Of a stretch of 64,000 nucleotides of DNA, positions 1 through 9,151 are shown one piece after another (the first letter of the stretch is position 1; each line of letters starts with the position of its first letter). The notes under the pieces are model-generated. The model ran no database searches and was not told the origin of the DNA. It was given only the letters and a program-made list of their open reading frames with translations. The DNA is from an uncultured Gammaproteobacteria bacterium. GTDB lineage: Bacteria > Pseudomonadota > Gammaproteobacteria > Chromatiales > Chromatiaceae. The stretch lies in assembly GCA_963698355.1 (NCBI GenBank), contig CAVOQO010000076.1, positions 42,420 to 106,419 on the forward strand, given 5' to 3'. A program made the position numbers and the translations under genes.

Positions 1-1
1 G

Positions 2-457
2 GTGATCAAGTTCGCCGCCATCACGGCCCTTGGGCCGCCGGTGGTTGCCGTGGTCCTGTTCGAGGTGATCCTGAACGGCATGGCCATGTTCAATCACGGC
101 AATGTCGCCCTGCCCGAGCGCCTCGACCGCGCCCTGCGCTGGATTGTCGTGACCCCGGACATGCACCGCGTGCACCACTCGGTGGAGGACGACGAGACCA
201 ACTCCAACTTCGGCTTCAACCTGTCCTGGTGGGACCGCCTGCTCGGCACCTACCGCGGCCAGCCACGCGCCGGACACATCGGCATGACCATCGGCATCCG
301 CGACCATCGCGACCCCCGGGACGTGGACCGGCTCCCGGGCATGCTGCTCCTCCCCTTCCGCGGCACCGTGGGCGGCTACGCCATCAACCGCCGGTCCTGG
401 GGCGGGCCCCAGGCGAAGCCGCCTGCGGAGCGGACCGCGAACCGACACCATGGCTAG
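2..457 (+). CDS. Sterol desaturase / fatty acid hydroxylase family protein (5' partial)
   Basis: His-box HRVHH and the NSNFGFNLSWWDRLLGTY motif typical of this family; runs off the window start. Confidence 0.85.
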   Translation: MIKFAAITALGPPVVAVVLFEVILNGMAMFNHGNVALPERLDRALRWIVVTPDMHRVHHSVEDDETNSNFGFNLSWWDRLLGTYRGQPRAGHIGMTIGIRDHRDPRDVDRLPGMLLLPFRGTVGGYAINRRSWGGPQAKPPAERTANRHHG

Positions 458-1151
458 ATACTGGCTGCGGTTCCTGATGGCCCTGGTTCTGGCGCTTGGG
501 ATCGGGCTTGCGCTGGTCTACCGCGATGAGTTGGAGCCTGCCGTTCTTGAGGACTGGGTCGGCAGCGCCGGGGCCGCTGCGCCCTGGCTGTTCATGGCCG
601 TCTACGCGCTCGCGACCGTACTCTTCCTGCCCGGCTCCCTGCTCACCCTCGCCGGCGGCGCCCTGTTCGGACCCCTCTGGGGAACGCTCTACAACCTGTC
701 CGGCGCCACACTTGGCGCGGCTCTGGCCTTCCTGGCCGCCCGTTACCTGGCGGCGGACTGGGTAAGAGGCCGCAGCCAGGGGTTGCTCGGTCGGCTGGCG
801 GACGGGGTAGCAGCCGAGGGCTGGCGCTTCGTCGCCTTCACCCGATTGGTGCCCCTCTTCCCCTTCAATCTGCTGAACTACGCACTGGGCCTCACCCGCA
901 TCCCCTTCCTGTCCTATCTGGCCGCCACCTTCCTCTTCATGCTCCCGGGGGCGTTGGCCTATACCTGGTTGGGCTTTGCGGGGCGAGAGGCCCTGGCGGG
1001 CGGGGACGGTCTGGTACGCAATGGGGTCATCGCACTCTCGCTGCTCGCCGCTGTGGCATTCCTGCCCCGCTTCGTTAAGCGGCTGCGGTCCGGCGAGCCG
1101 CCCGGCAAAGGCCCGAGCCCCGAGCACTCGGGGCGATCGACGGCACCCTGA
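450..1151 (+). CDS. TVP38/TMEM64 (SNARE-associated, DedA-like) membrane protein
   Basis: LFLPGSLLTLAGGALFG and RLVPLFPFNLLNYALGLT motifs; overlaps the upstream gene end. Confidence 0.9.
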   Translation: MARYWLRFLMALVLALGIGLALVYRDELEPAVLEDWVGSAGAAAPWLFMAVYALATVLFLPGSLLTLAGGALFGPLWGTLYNLSGATLGAALAFLAARYLAADWVRGRSQGLLGRLADGVAAEGWRFVAFTRLVPLFPFNLLNYALGLTRIPFLSYLAATFLFMLPGALAYTWLGFAGREALAGGDGLVRNGVIALSLLAAVAFLPRFVKRLRSGEPPGKGPSPEHSGRSTAP

Positions 1152-1175
1152 CCCGACGGTATCGGGACCAGACCC

Positions 1176-2165
1176 ATGCTTGACGTGCTGCCTCACCTCA
1201 CCCAAAGCGACTTCCCGCCCCTGCGCCGGGCGCGCCTTCACACCCTCCAGGTCAATCTGGGGCGGTTGTGCAACCAGCAGTGCCTGCACTGTCACGTGGC
1301 CGCCGGGCCCAACCGCCCTGAGGTCATGGACGAGACGACCCTGGACCAGGTGATCGATGCCTTGGGCGCCCTGCCCTTCGAGACCCTTGACCTGACCGGC
1401 GGCGCGCCCGAGCTCAACCCGGGGTTTCGGCGTCTGGTGCGCCATGCCCGGTCGCAAGGTCTGCGAGTCATCGACCGCTGCAATCTGAGCGTCCTGCTGG
1501 AACCCGGGCAGGCGGATCTTGCCGCATTCCTGGCCGAACAAGGTGTCGAAGTGGTGGCCTCGTTGCCCTGCTACTCACGTGAGAACGTGGATGCCCAGCG
1601 GGGGCGGGGCGTGTTCGAATCGAGCATCGCCGGGCTCCGGCGGCTGAACGCGCTCGGCTACGGGGCCCCTGGCACCGGATTGACCCTCGCTCTGGTCTAC
1701 AACCCCGGCGGACCCAGCCTGCCGCCGCCCCAGACCGCCCTGGAGGCGAATTATCGAGAGGTCCTCGAACGGGACTTCGGCATCCGCTTCAATCGACTCT
1801 TAACACTCGCCAATCTACCCATTGGTCGATTCGGGAGCACGCTGCTGTCCAGGGACGAGCTCGCTGGCTATCTGGGCCTTCTGAAGGCCGCCCACCAGTG
1901 CGTCAATACCGAGTCGGTCATGTGTCGTGGACTGATCAGCGTGGACTGGGAGGGCTGGCTCTACGACTGCGACTTCAACCAGATGCTTGGATTGCCACTG
2001 GGGGCGGGCGACGGGAGCGGACGCACCCACCTGCGGGACCTCTCGACGCTGATGTCGGGTGGCCTTCTGGAGGCCGGCCAGATCCAGGTGGCGGACCACT
2101 GCTATGGCTGCACCGCCGGCCAGGGATCGAGCTGCGGCGGGGCCCTGAGCCCAGGCCCGGTCTGA
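1176..2165 (+). CDS. arsS: Arsenosugar-biosynthesis-type radical SAM protein (ArsS / DUF3641)
   Basis: CNQQCLHC radical SAM motif, LDLTGGAPELNP, YDCDFNQML and C-terminal HCYGCTAGQGSSCGGAL. Confidence 0.85.
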   Translation: MLDVLPHLTQSDFPPLRRARLHTLQVNLGRLCNQQCLHCHVAAGPNRPEVMDETTLDQVIDALGALPFETLDLTGGAPELNPGFRRLVRHARSQGLRVIDRCNLSVLLEPGQADLAAFLAEQGVEVVASLPCYSRENVDAQRGRGVFESSIAGLRRLNALGYGAPGTGLTLALVYNPGGPSLPPPQTALEANYREVLERDFGIRFNRLLTLANLPIGRFGSTLLSRDELAGYLGLLKAAHQCVNTESVMCRGLISVDWEGWLYDCDFNQMLGLPLGAGDGSGRTHLRDLSTLMSGGLLEAGQIQVADHCYGCTAGQGSSCGGALSPGPV

Positions 2166-2167
2166 CG

Positions 2168-2845
2168 GTGCAGGTCTCAATCGTCATCCCCACCCTCAAT
2201 GAGCGCACCCATATCGGATCTTTGCTCAGTGACTTGGCGCCGATGCGTGAGACGGGGCACGAGGTCATTCTCTCCGACGGGGGCAGCACGGACGGGACCC
2301 CAGAGCTTGCCGAGCCCCAAGCGGACCGGGTGATCCTGGCACCTCGGGGGCGCGCCTCCCAGATGAACGCGGGTGCCCAGTCGGCGCGAGGTCAGGTGCT
2401 GTGGTTCTTGCACGCCGACTGCCGTGTCAAACCACAGACCCAGACCCAGTTACTCGATGCCTGCGTCGCGGGATGCGTCTGGGGCCGTTTCGACGTGCGG
2501 CTCTCGGGACGCCACCCGCAGCTGCGTGTGGTCGAACGGATGATGAATCTGCGCTCGCGCCTCACCGGCATCGCCACTGGGGATCAGGGCCTCTTCGTCA
2601 CCCGCGCCATGTTCGAGGCGGTTGGGGGTTACCCGCCGATTCCGCTCATGGAGGACATCGCCCTGTCGAAGGCATTGACCGGGCAGACCCGTCCTGCCTG
2701 TCTGCGCGGCCCGATCATCACCTCCAGCCGCCGCTGGGAGGAACACGGCATCCTGCGCACCATCCTGCTCATGTGGCGCCTGCGCCTTGCCTATGCCTTG
2801 GGGGCCGATCCAGGCCGGCTGGCCGATTTCTATGGCCGGCGCTGA
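2168..2845 (+). CDS. TIGR04283-type family 2 glycosyltransferase
   Basis: VSIVIPTLNE, DGGSTDGT, GRASQMNAGA, FLHAD, TGDQGLF, PLMED and TSSRRW motifs; GTG start chosen just after the arsS stop. Confidence 0.88.
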   Translation: MQVSIVIPTLNERTHIGSLLSDLAPMRETGHEVILSDGGSTDGTPELAEPQADRVILAPRGRASQMNAGAQSARGQVLWFLHADCRVKPQTQTQLLDACVAGCVWGRFDVRLSGRHPQLRVVERMMNLRSRLTGIATGDQGLFVTRAMFEAVGGYPPIPLMEDIALSKALTGQTRPACLRGPIITSSRRWEEHGILRTILLMWRLRLAYALGADPGRLADFYGRR

Positions 2846-2993
2846 CCGCTGAGAGCGAGCGGCGCCAAGCACCCTCGCTTGCCAAGCGGCGCTGGGCCAG
2901 GCGGACGCAAGCCGGCGGCACGGCTTTGCAGGGAGGACAATGGGGGCCGACGTGGGACCGATGTTCCTTGTGGTCCCACGACGCGCGGAGGGT

Positions 2994-4046
2994 TCAGAGC
3001 TGAGGCTTGGGCGTCGTCGCCGTCTCTACCGGAAGGATCGGGTACTCGACCTTCGGCTGCTCGCCGGTGAGACTGCCCAGGAAGGTTGCAATCAGCGCAG
3101 CCTCATCACCCTTGAGCTGGGTGCCGAGCTGGGCGGTGCCCATGACCGCCACCGCCTGCTCCAGGTCCCATACCTGCCCGGAGTGGAAGTAAGGCGCGGT
3201 GAGTGCAATGTTGCGCAGGGGCGCCGCCCGGAAGACATATTCATCGGACGCGGTCTTGGTCACGGCAAATCGGCCCTTGTCCTCGGGCGGCAGGATGTCG
3301 GCGCCGGGCTTCTTCACCAGGCCGAAGGGGAAATAGTCCTGGCCGCCGACGTTCACGCCGGTGTGGCAGGCGGTGCAACCTTTGCTCACGAAGAGGTCCA
3401 GACCGAGCTTCTGGTCGGCGCTCAGCGCGTTGTCGTTGCCCTCCAGCCAAGCGTCGAAGGGCGCGGCCGGGGTCACCAGCGTCGCCTCGAAGGCCTCGAT
3501 GGCCTTGGCCATGTTGTCGAAGGTCACCGGGTCGGCCTCGCCCGGGAATGCACGGCCAAACCGCTCCGCATACTCGGGCATGCTCTTGAGGGTGACGACC
3601 ACGGCCTCGGGCTTGTTGGCCATTTCAACGCCGGCCTGCACTGGGCCCTTGGCCTGAGCCTTCAGGTCCTCGGCGCGGCCATCCCAGAACTGCGCCTTGT
3701 TGTAGACGGCGTTCAGCACCGTGGGTGCATTGCGCGGGCCCTTCTGCCAGCCGTGACCCACCGAGGTGGGTAGATTGTCGTCGCCGCCCATGCCCAGGTT
3801 GTGGCACGTATTGCAGCTGATCACGCCGCTCGCGGACAGACGCGGGTCGAAGAACAGCATGGCCCCGAGCTCGATCTTCTCGTGGGTCAAGGAGTTGTGG
3901 GCCACCTGTCCGGCGCCATAGGGAAGCGCCTGGAGTCCAGCGGACACGGCCTTGGCGCGCAGTGCCGCATCATCGGCGACCACGACCGTCGCCATGGACA
4001 GGGCGAAGCCGGCGGAGACGGCCAGGGAGATCAGGTTGGATTTCAT
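2994..4046 (-). CDS. ccp: Di-heme cytochrome c peroxidase
   Basis: Signal peptide, two heme motifs (CNTCH, CTACH), RNAPTVLN, QFWDGRA and LRNIALTAPYFHSG. Confidence 0.93.
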   Translation of the reverse strand: MKSNLISLAVSAGFALSMATVVVADDAALRAKAVSAGLQALPYGAGQVAHNSLTHEKIELGAMLFFDPRLSASGVISCNTCHNLGMGGDDNLPTSVGHGWQKGPRNAPTVLNAVYNKAQFWDGRAEDLKAQAKGPVQAGVEMANKPEAVVVTLKSMPEYAERFGRAFPGEADPVTFDNMAKAIEAFEATLVTPAAPFDAWLEGNDNALSADQKLGLDLFVSKGCTACHTGVNVGGQDYFPFGLVKKPGADILPPEDKGRFAVTKTASDEYVFRAAPLRNIALTAPYFHSGQVWDLEQAVAVMGTAQLGTQLKGDEAALIATFLGSLTGEQPKVEYPILPVETATTPKPQL

Positions 4047-4257
4047 TTCGGCTCCTCACAGGTGTGTTCCGGCGGGTTTCCCGCCGCGGATGCGCTCGTG
4101 TGAGCGGGCCAGCAGGCTAACCTTAGGGGCGTGGCCTGACATTGACATCCCGCAGGCGCCCCGCCATTGAGGCCTTCCCCCCCGGGCCGCCGCCGTCTTG
4201 GCACTCTACACGGGACGACTCCTTTTTTCTTACACCGGCTCGACTCATGATTCAGGC

Positions 4258-5721
4258 GTGAACCTGTCCGTACGCGCAAAGGTCTTTCTGACCCTACTGG
4301 TCGCGAGCCTGCTCGCGGTGGTGGGGACCGCCGCCTTCGTTCGGTGGTCCGTCGAGCGGGGTTTCATGGAGCTTCTCGATGCCCGTGAATCCGAGCGCAT
4401 CGATGCCATTACGGACCGTCTGGTGGCACAGCGATCCGAGGACGGCTCCTGGGAACGGCTGCGCGGTGACAAGCGGCTGTGGATCGCCGCCCTTCTCGGT
4501 CAGGGGGAGCGGATGCCACGGGGGCGTCTCGGGCCTGGGCGGCAACACCTTCCGCCGTGGATGCGCCGCAGCCTGGAGGATCCAGGGGCCTGGCCACCCG
4601 TCCATGTCCTGGAGCACCTGAAGGCCAGGGGCCGACCGATCCCCCTGGAGCTGCGGCTGATGCTGCTCGACGAGTCGGGGGCGGTCATCTACGGACGTGA
4701 GTCCCTGCTCCCCGGAGCCCGCCGCATTCCCTTGGACCTGGACGGGAGGCCGGTCGGGACCCTCGCTCTGCTGCCGGGCCAACCCTTGGCCGACCTGCCC
4801 GAGCTCCAGTTCCAGGCCCGCCAGGGCGGGCGCTTGTGGGTGATCGCGGCGGGGATGGTGCTGATCGCCTCCGCCCTCGCCTATCCCCTGTCCCGCCGGC
4901 TGGTTCGACCGGTGCAGGCCTTCCAACAGACCGCTCAGCGTCTGGCCGGCGGGGACTATGAGGCACGCGTCCAGGTCCAAGGGGGCGACGAGATCGCCCG
5001 CCTGGGCCGGGACCTGAACGCCCTGGCCGCTGCCCTGGGCCGTAACGAGCAGGCCCGACGGCGCTGGGTGGCGGACATCTCCCACGAGCTGCGCACCCCG
5101 ATCGCCCTGCTCCGGGCCGAGCTCGAGGCGCTCCAGGACGGCGTGCGGCCCCTGGACCGCACAGCGGTGGACGCCCTGCACGGGGACGCGCTCCGGCTCG
5201 GCCGCCTCGTGGACGACCTCTATGAGCTTTCCATGACCGACCTGGGGGCGCTCAGCTACCGCATGGAACCGACGGACATCGGTGAGGTCCTGGAGGCAGA
5301 CTTGGATACGTTCCGTCCCCGCTTCGCCGCGGCCGGACTGACCCTGAGCTACGAGGACCAGCGGCCCGCCCCGGTCGAGTCACAGGCGGACCCGGACCGC
5401 CTTTCCCAGCTCTTCCGCAACCTGCTGCGCAACAGCCTCCAATACACCGACCCCGGCGGTGGGCTGGAGGTGCGGCTCAACCAGGCCGCTGACCGGATCG
5501 TGCTGGATTTCCAGGACAGCGCCCCCGGCGTCCCGCCGGAGTCCCTGCCGCGGCTCTTCGACCGGCTCTATCGGGTCGACGCCTCCCGCAGCCGCAATAC
5601 CGGCGGGGCTGGACTCGGGCTCGCGATCGCCAAGAACATCGTCGAGGCCCACGGCGGCACCATTCGGGCGGAGCCCTCACCGGCCGGCGGGCTGAGGATC
5701 CGGGTCGAGATGCCACTGTAG
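4258..5721 (+). CDS. BaeS-like sensor histidine kinase (HAMP-HisKA-HATPase)
   Basis: Two TM segments, ADISHELRTP H-box, NLLRNSLQY N-box, GGAGLGLAIA G2 box; GTG start at 4258 inferred. Confidence 0.9.
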   Translation: MNLSVRAKVFLTLLVASLLAVVGTAAFVRWSVERGFMELLDARESERIDAITDRLVAQRSEDGSWERLRGDKRLWIAALLGQGERMPRGRLGPGRQHLPPWMRRSLEDPGAWPPVHVLEHLKARGRPIPLELRLMLLDESGAVIYGRESLLPGARRIPLDLDGRPVGTLALLPGQPLADLPELQFQARQGGRLWVIAAGMVLIASALAYPLSRRLVRPVQAFQQTAQRLAGGDYEARVQVQGGDEIARLGRDLNALAAALGRNEQARRRWVADISHELRTPIALLRAELEALQDGVRPLDRTAVDALHGDALRLGRLVDDLYELSMTDLGALSYRMEPTDIGEVLEADLDTFRPRFAAAGLTLSYEDQRPAPVESQADPDRLSQLFRNLLRNSLQYTDPGGGLEVRLNQAADRIVLDFQDSAPGVPPESLPRLFDRLYRVDASRSRNTGGAGLGLAIAKNIVEAHGGTIRAEPSPAGGLRIRVEMPL

Positions 5722-5737
5722 GTTGCAGCAGAGCTCT

Positions 5738-7009
5738 TCATCCCTGGGCGACGCGGATTGCAGCAACCCGTGCGGCGTGGATGTGCTCGGGGATGCGGCG
5801 CGGGTCGGTAGACACCCGGGCGATGGCCGCCACGTCCACCTCTGAGGCGGCGGCGAACAGGCGGCCGAGGACCCGACCCTGGGGATAATCACGCTCGGCG
5901 TAGCCGGCCCGACCGCGGAAGTCCGCCTCGCAGGCGGTCAGCATCTGGTGGAAGCGCTCCGGGCGGCGGAAGGCGTCGGCACCCTCCATCAGGCCCAGGA
6001 TGGTTGAGGCCCGCAGCTCGTCCAGCTTGTGCACCAGCCCGTGGTAGCGGGCGGTAATCCTGGCCAGCTCCCGGCAGCGATTGGGTATCCGATAGCGGTC
6101 GCAGATGCCTTCCAGCAGCTCGACGCTGCGCTCCTCGTGACCCCGGTGGCTGGGCAGGATCTCGGTCGGCGTCATCCCCTTGCCGAGGTCGTGACAGAGT
6201 GCGGCGAAGCGGACCTCCAGATCCGGAGACAGGCGCGCGGCCATGTCCAGCACCAGCATGGCGTGTACACCGGTGTCGATTTCCGGGTGCCACTTCTCTG
6301 GCTGGGGCACACCCCAGAGCCGATCAAGCTCGGGCAGCAGCCGGGCCAGGGCCCCACACTCACGCAGCACCTGGAAGAAGACCGACGGGTGGTCCTCGCC
6401 TAGGGCCTTGGCCATCTCCTGCCAGACGCGCTCGGGCACCAGGGCATCCACCTCCCCGGCCTCCACCATGGCCTCCATCAGTGCCAGGGTCTCGGGGGCG
6501 ATCCGGAACCCCAGGGCGAAGAAGCGCGCGGCGAAGCGCGCGACCCGCAGGATCCGCACCGGGTCTTCCGCAAAGGCCGGGGAGACGTGGCGCAGGACTC
6601 GGGACTGCAGATCCGCAACACCGCCGTAGGGATCGACGAGTGTGCCGTCCGGCGCCTCGGCCAGAGCGTTGATGGTGAGATCCCGTCGCTCCAGGTCCTG
6701 CTCCAGGGTCACCCCCGGGTCCGCGTGGACCGAGAAGCCTCGATAGCCCGGAGCGGTCTTGCGCTCGGTGCGGGCCAGGGCGTACTCGTCCTTGGTGACC
6801 GGGTGCAGGAAAACCGGGAAATCGCGGCCCACCTGCTGAAAGCCGCGCCGGATGAGCTCCGCCACGGTGGTCCCGACGACCACATAGTCCCGTTCCGTCG
6901 ACGGCCGCCCCAGGAGTCGGTCACGCACGGCGCCTCCGACCAGGTAGACGTCGAGACCGGCGGCCGGGTCCTGAGCGTGCCCCCGGGGCGCTGGATGGGT
7001 GAGGGACAC
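5738..7009 (-). CDS. cca: Multifunctional CCA tRNA nucleotidyltransferase
   Basis: YLVGGAVRD, RRDLTINA, EDPVRILR, HPEIDTGVH and HD-domain motif HDLGKG. Confidence 0.96.
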   Translation of the reverse strand: MSLTHPAPRGHAQDPAAGLDVYLVGGAVRDRLLGRPSTERDYVVVGTTVAELIRRGFQQVGRDFPVFLHPVTKDEYALARTERKTAPGYRGFSVHADPGVTLEQDLERRDLTINALAEAPDGTLVDPYGGVADLQSRVLRHVSPAFAEDPVRILRVARFAARFFALGFRIAPETLALMEAMVEAGEVDALVPERVWQEMAKALGEDHPSVFFQVLRECGALARLLPELDRLWGVPQPEKWHPEIDTGVHAMLVLDMAARLSPDLEVRFAALCHDLGKGMTPTEILPSHRGHEERSVELLEGICDRYRIPNRCRELARITARYHGLVHKLDELRASTILGLMEGADAFRRPERFHQMLTACEADFRGRAGYAERDYPQGRVLGRLFAAASEVDVAAIARVSTDPRRIPEHIHAARVAAIRVAQG

Positions 7010-7020
7010 GGCGTCAGACC

Positions 7021-7782
7021 CTACCGGAGCTGCTCGTCGCCTGACCCGTCGACTCGGGGAGTGGATTGCTCACCCGAACGGGACTCGCCGGGACCGCTGC
7101 CTTCAGGGCCCGGCAAGACTGCACGCCGACTCGCTGGTTCGAGCCGCGGGGTCTCGCTGGGGGTCTCACTGGGCCCATCGCGGCCTTTGCCCCCGAAGAG
7201 TCTGCCGATGGCCCCGAACACCCGTTTGATTCCCCGCCACAGCTTGGGCAGCAGCCAGATCAGCAGGACGAAGAAGAGCGCCAGCAGCACCAGGAAGACC
7301 GCCGGGTGCTTGATGGCCAGGAGCAGTCCGCCCAGTACGCCGAGGTCTTCCGCGATCGAGGCGGTCCAGTTGGTGAAGGGCTCCGGTGAGGTGTTGATCA
7401 GTACCCGCGTGCCGGCCTTGGCGGCATGTGAGGCGGCCGCAACGCCCCCGCCCAGCAGGGCAACGGCCAGGTCCCCTGCAGGGCCGATATCGCCCACCGC
7501 ACCGGCGGCCATCAGCGCCCCCGCAGGGATGCGGATAAAGGTGTGCAGCCCGTCCCAGGCGCTGTCCACCCCCGGCACCTTGTCCGCAAAGAACTCGACC
7601 ACGTACATGGCACCCGCGGCCAGCATCACCAGCGGATCGGACAGGATCTCCAGCCCCGCCGGCAGATCGACGCTGCCCGTGGCGCCGAGGAAGCCGAGCA
7701 CCAGGATGGCCGCGTAGAGATTGATCCCGCTCGCCCAACTGGCGCCGAGTGTGAGTGCAAGGGTCTGGGTCAGATCATCCAA
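7021..7782 (-). CDS. DUF4126 membrane protein
   Basis: WASGINLYA, EFFADKVPGVDSAWD and SPEPFTNW motifs. Confidence 0.85.
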   Translation of the reverse strand: MDDLTQTLALTLGASWASGINLYAAILVLGFLGATGSVDLPAGLEILSDPLVMLAAGAMYVVEFFADKVPGVDSAWDGLHTFIRIPAGALMAAGAVGDIGPAGDLAVALLGGGVAAASHAAKAGTRVLINTSPEPFTNWTASIAEDLGVLGGLLLAIKHPAVFLVLLALFFVLLIWLLPKLWRGIKRVFGAIGRLFGGKGRDGPSETPSETPRLEPASRRAVLPGPEGSGPGESRSGEQSTPRVDGSGDEQLR

Positions 7783-7923
7783 AGGCGATTCCTCGGACAG
7801 GCCGGGGGCGGATTATAGCCAGGCCCGGCTACGGGGTCCCGGTCGAACGGCATGCCGCGGCGATGCTGCTAGAATGCGCCGCGTCATCACCCACTCCTTG
7901 GACACCCCAAAGAAGGTCTTAAC

Positions 7924-8406
7924 ATGCGGTTCCTCGGCTATCTGTTCCTGTTCGCCCTCATCGCCTTCGGCATCTGGCCCTACTACTACGTCTTCAAGCT
8001 CGACGATGCCCTGGGCCAGGAGAGCACCACGGACCTCGCTGCGCTCACCGACCTGCCGGCGATCCGGGCCAACTACAAGGCCCGTCTCGACGCGGGTGCC
8101 GACACGGTCCTCCCCGCCGCCGACCCCAACAGCGTCATGGGCTGGATCCGCCAGAACCTGGACCGCCTGGGGGACTCCGCCCTCGATCAGGCCATCACGG
8201 TGCCCTGGGTGCGCGACACCCTGAGGGAGGCCACCACCAGGGCCACCGGCCAGACGCCGCCCTATCTGCTCGCCGGCATCGATTTCGCTTTCTTCGAGTC
8301 CTACAACCGCTTCCTGATCCGCATCGGCGACCTGGGGCGCGGCGCCACCCATGTGCGGCTGTCCCTCGAGGGCACCGAGTGGAAGATTACCGACATCATC
8401 CCCTGA
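7924..8406 (+). CDS. DUF2939-like protein with N-terminal TM anchor
   Basis: N-terminal hydrophobic helix followed by WPYY; C-terminal WKITDI. Confidence 0.6.
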   Translation: MRFLGYLFLFALIAFGIWPYYYVFKLDDALGQESTTDLAALTDLPAIRANYKARLDAGADTVLPAADPNSVMGWIRQNLDRLGDSALDQAITVPWVRDTLREATTRATGQTPPYLLAGIDFAFFESYNRFLIRIGDLGRGATHVRLSLEGTEWKITDIIP

Positions 8407-8629
8407 GGGCCGATTTCTACACCCCCGGCGCTTTTATTCGGCGCCGGTATTCGGCACCGGCGGATTTCCGGACTATCGCCGCCGCGTCGCGGGCTTGACC
8501 AGCCGGCTGTGGTCCCCTAGGAGCAGGCAGCAGTCGGGGGAGCGCCAGGCCTGATTGCCGGCGGACCTCTCGCAGTCCCCGTCGCCCCGGGCTAGCATTC
8601 GGCCATCGTCGACCCACCGGAGAAGATCC

Positions 8630-9046
8630 ATGTCCTCCACCACAGGCCCGCGCCACGGCAAGACCGGACGACCCATCAATACCGCCAAGCTCGATCGCGT
8701 GGTGGCAGAGGCCCGCAAGGCCAGCGACGACCGTGCCGCCGGCTATCGGGAGCAGGCCCTCAAGCTCTACCCCTGGGTCTGCGGCCGCTGCGGGCGCGGC
8801 TTCGATCACACCAACCTGCGTGAGCTCACCGTCCACCACAAGGACATGAACCACGACAACAACCCTCCGGACGGCAGCAACTGGGAGCTCCTGTGTCTCT
8901 ACTGCCACGACAACGAGCACCAGAAATACGAGGAGCACCTGGCCGCCCAAGCCGCCGGGCGCACTGGAAACACCCCCGGCGGCGCCAGGCAGACCACCCA
9001 CAAGGCACTTGAGGGGCTCGCGGACCTGCTGAAGAAGCGGGACTGA
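8630..9046 (+). CDS. yajD: YajD family HNH nuclease
   Basis: YREQALKLYPWVCGRCGR, LTVHHKD and NPPDGSNWELLCLYCHDNEH. Confidence 0.92.
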   Translation: MSSTTGPRHGKTGRPINTAKLDRVVAEARKASDDRAAGYREQALKLYPWVCGRCGRGFDHTNLRELTVHHKDMNHDNNPPDGSNWELLCLYCHDNEHQKYEEHLAAQAAGRTGNTPGGARQTTHKALEGLADLLKKRD

Positions 9047-9151
9047 ACGCCCCCTGAAACCGCAATCAAGCAACCGCCATCAAATGCATCAGCGGGCCCG
9101 CTGGCGCCTCCCCCCGCGCGTCCTATCCCGCTTTGCCGCGAACCCCGCCCC

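Noticed and set aside
2090-2165. Selenocysteine in the ArsS C-terminus
   Set aside because: The GSSCGG position is a TGC Cys codon, and the TGA at 2163 is a normal stop before the next gene.
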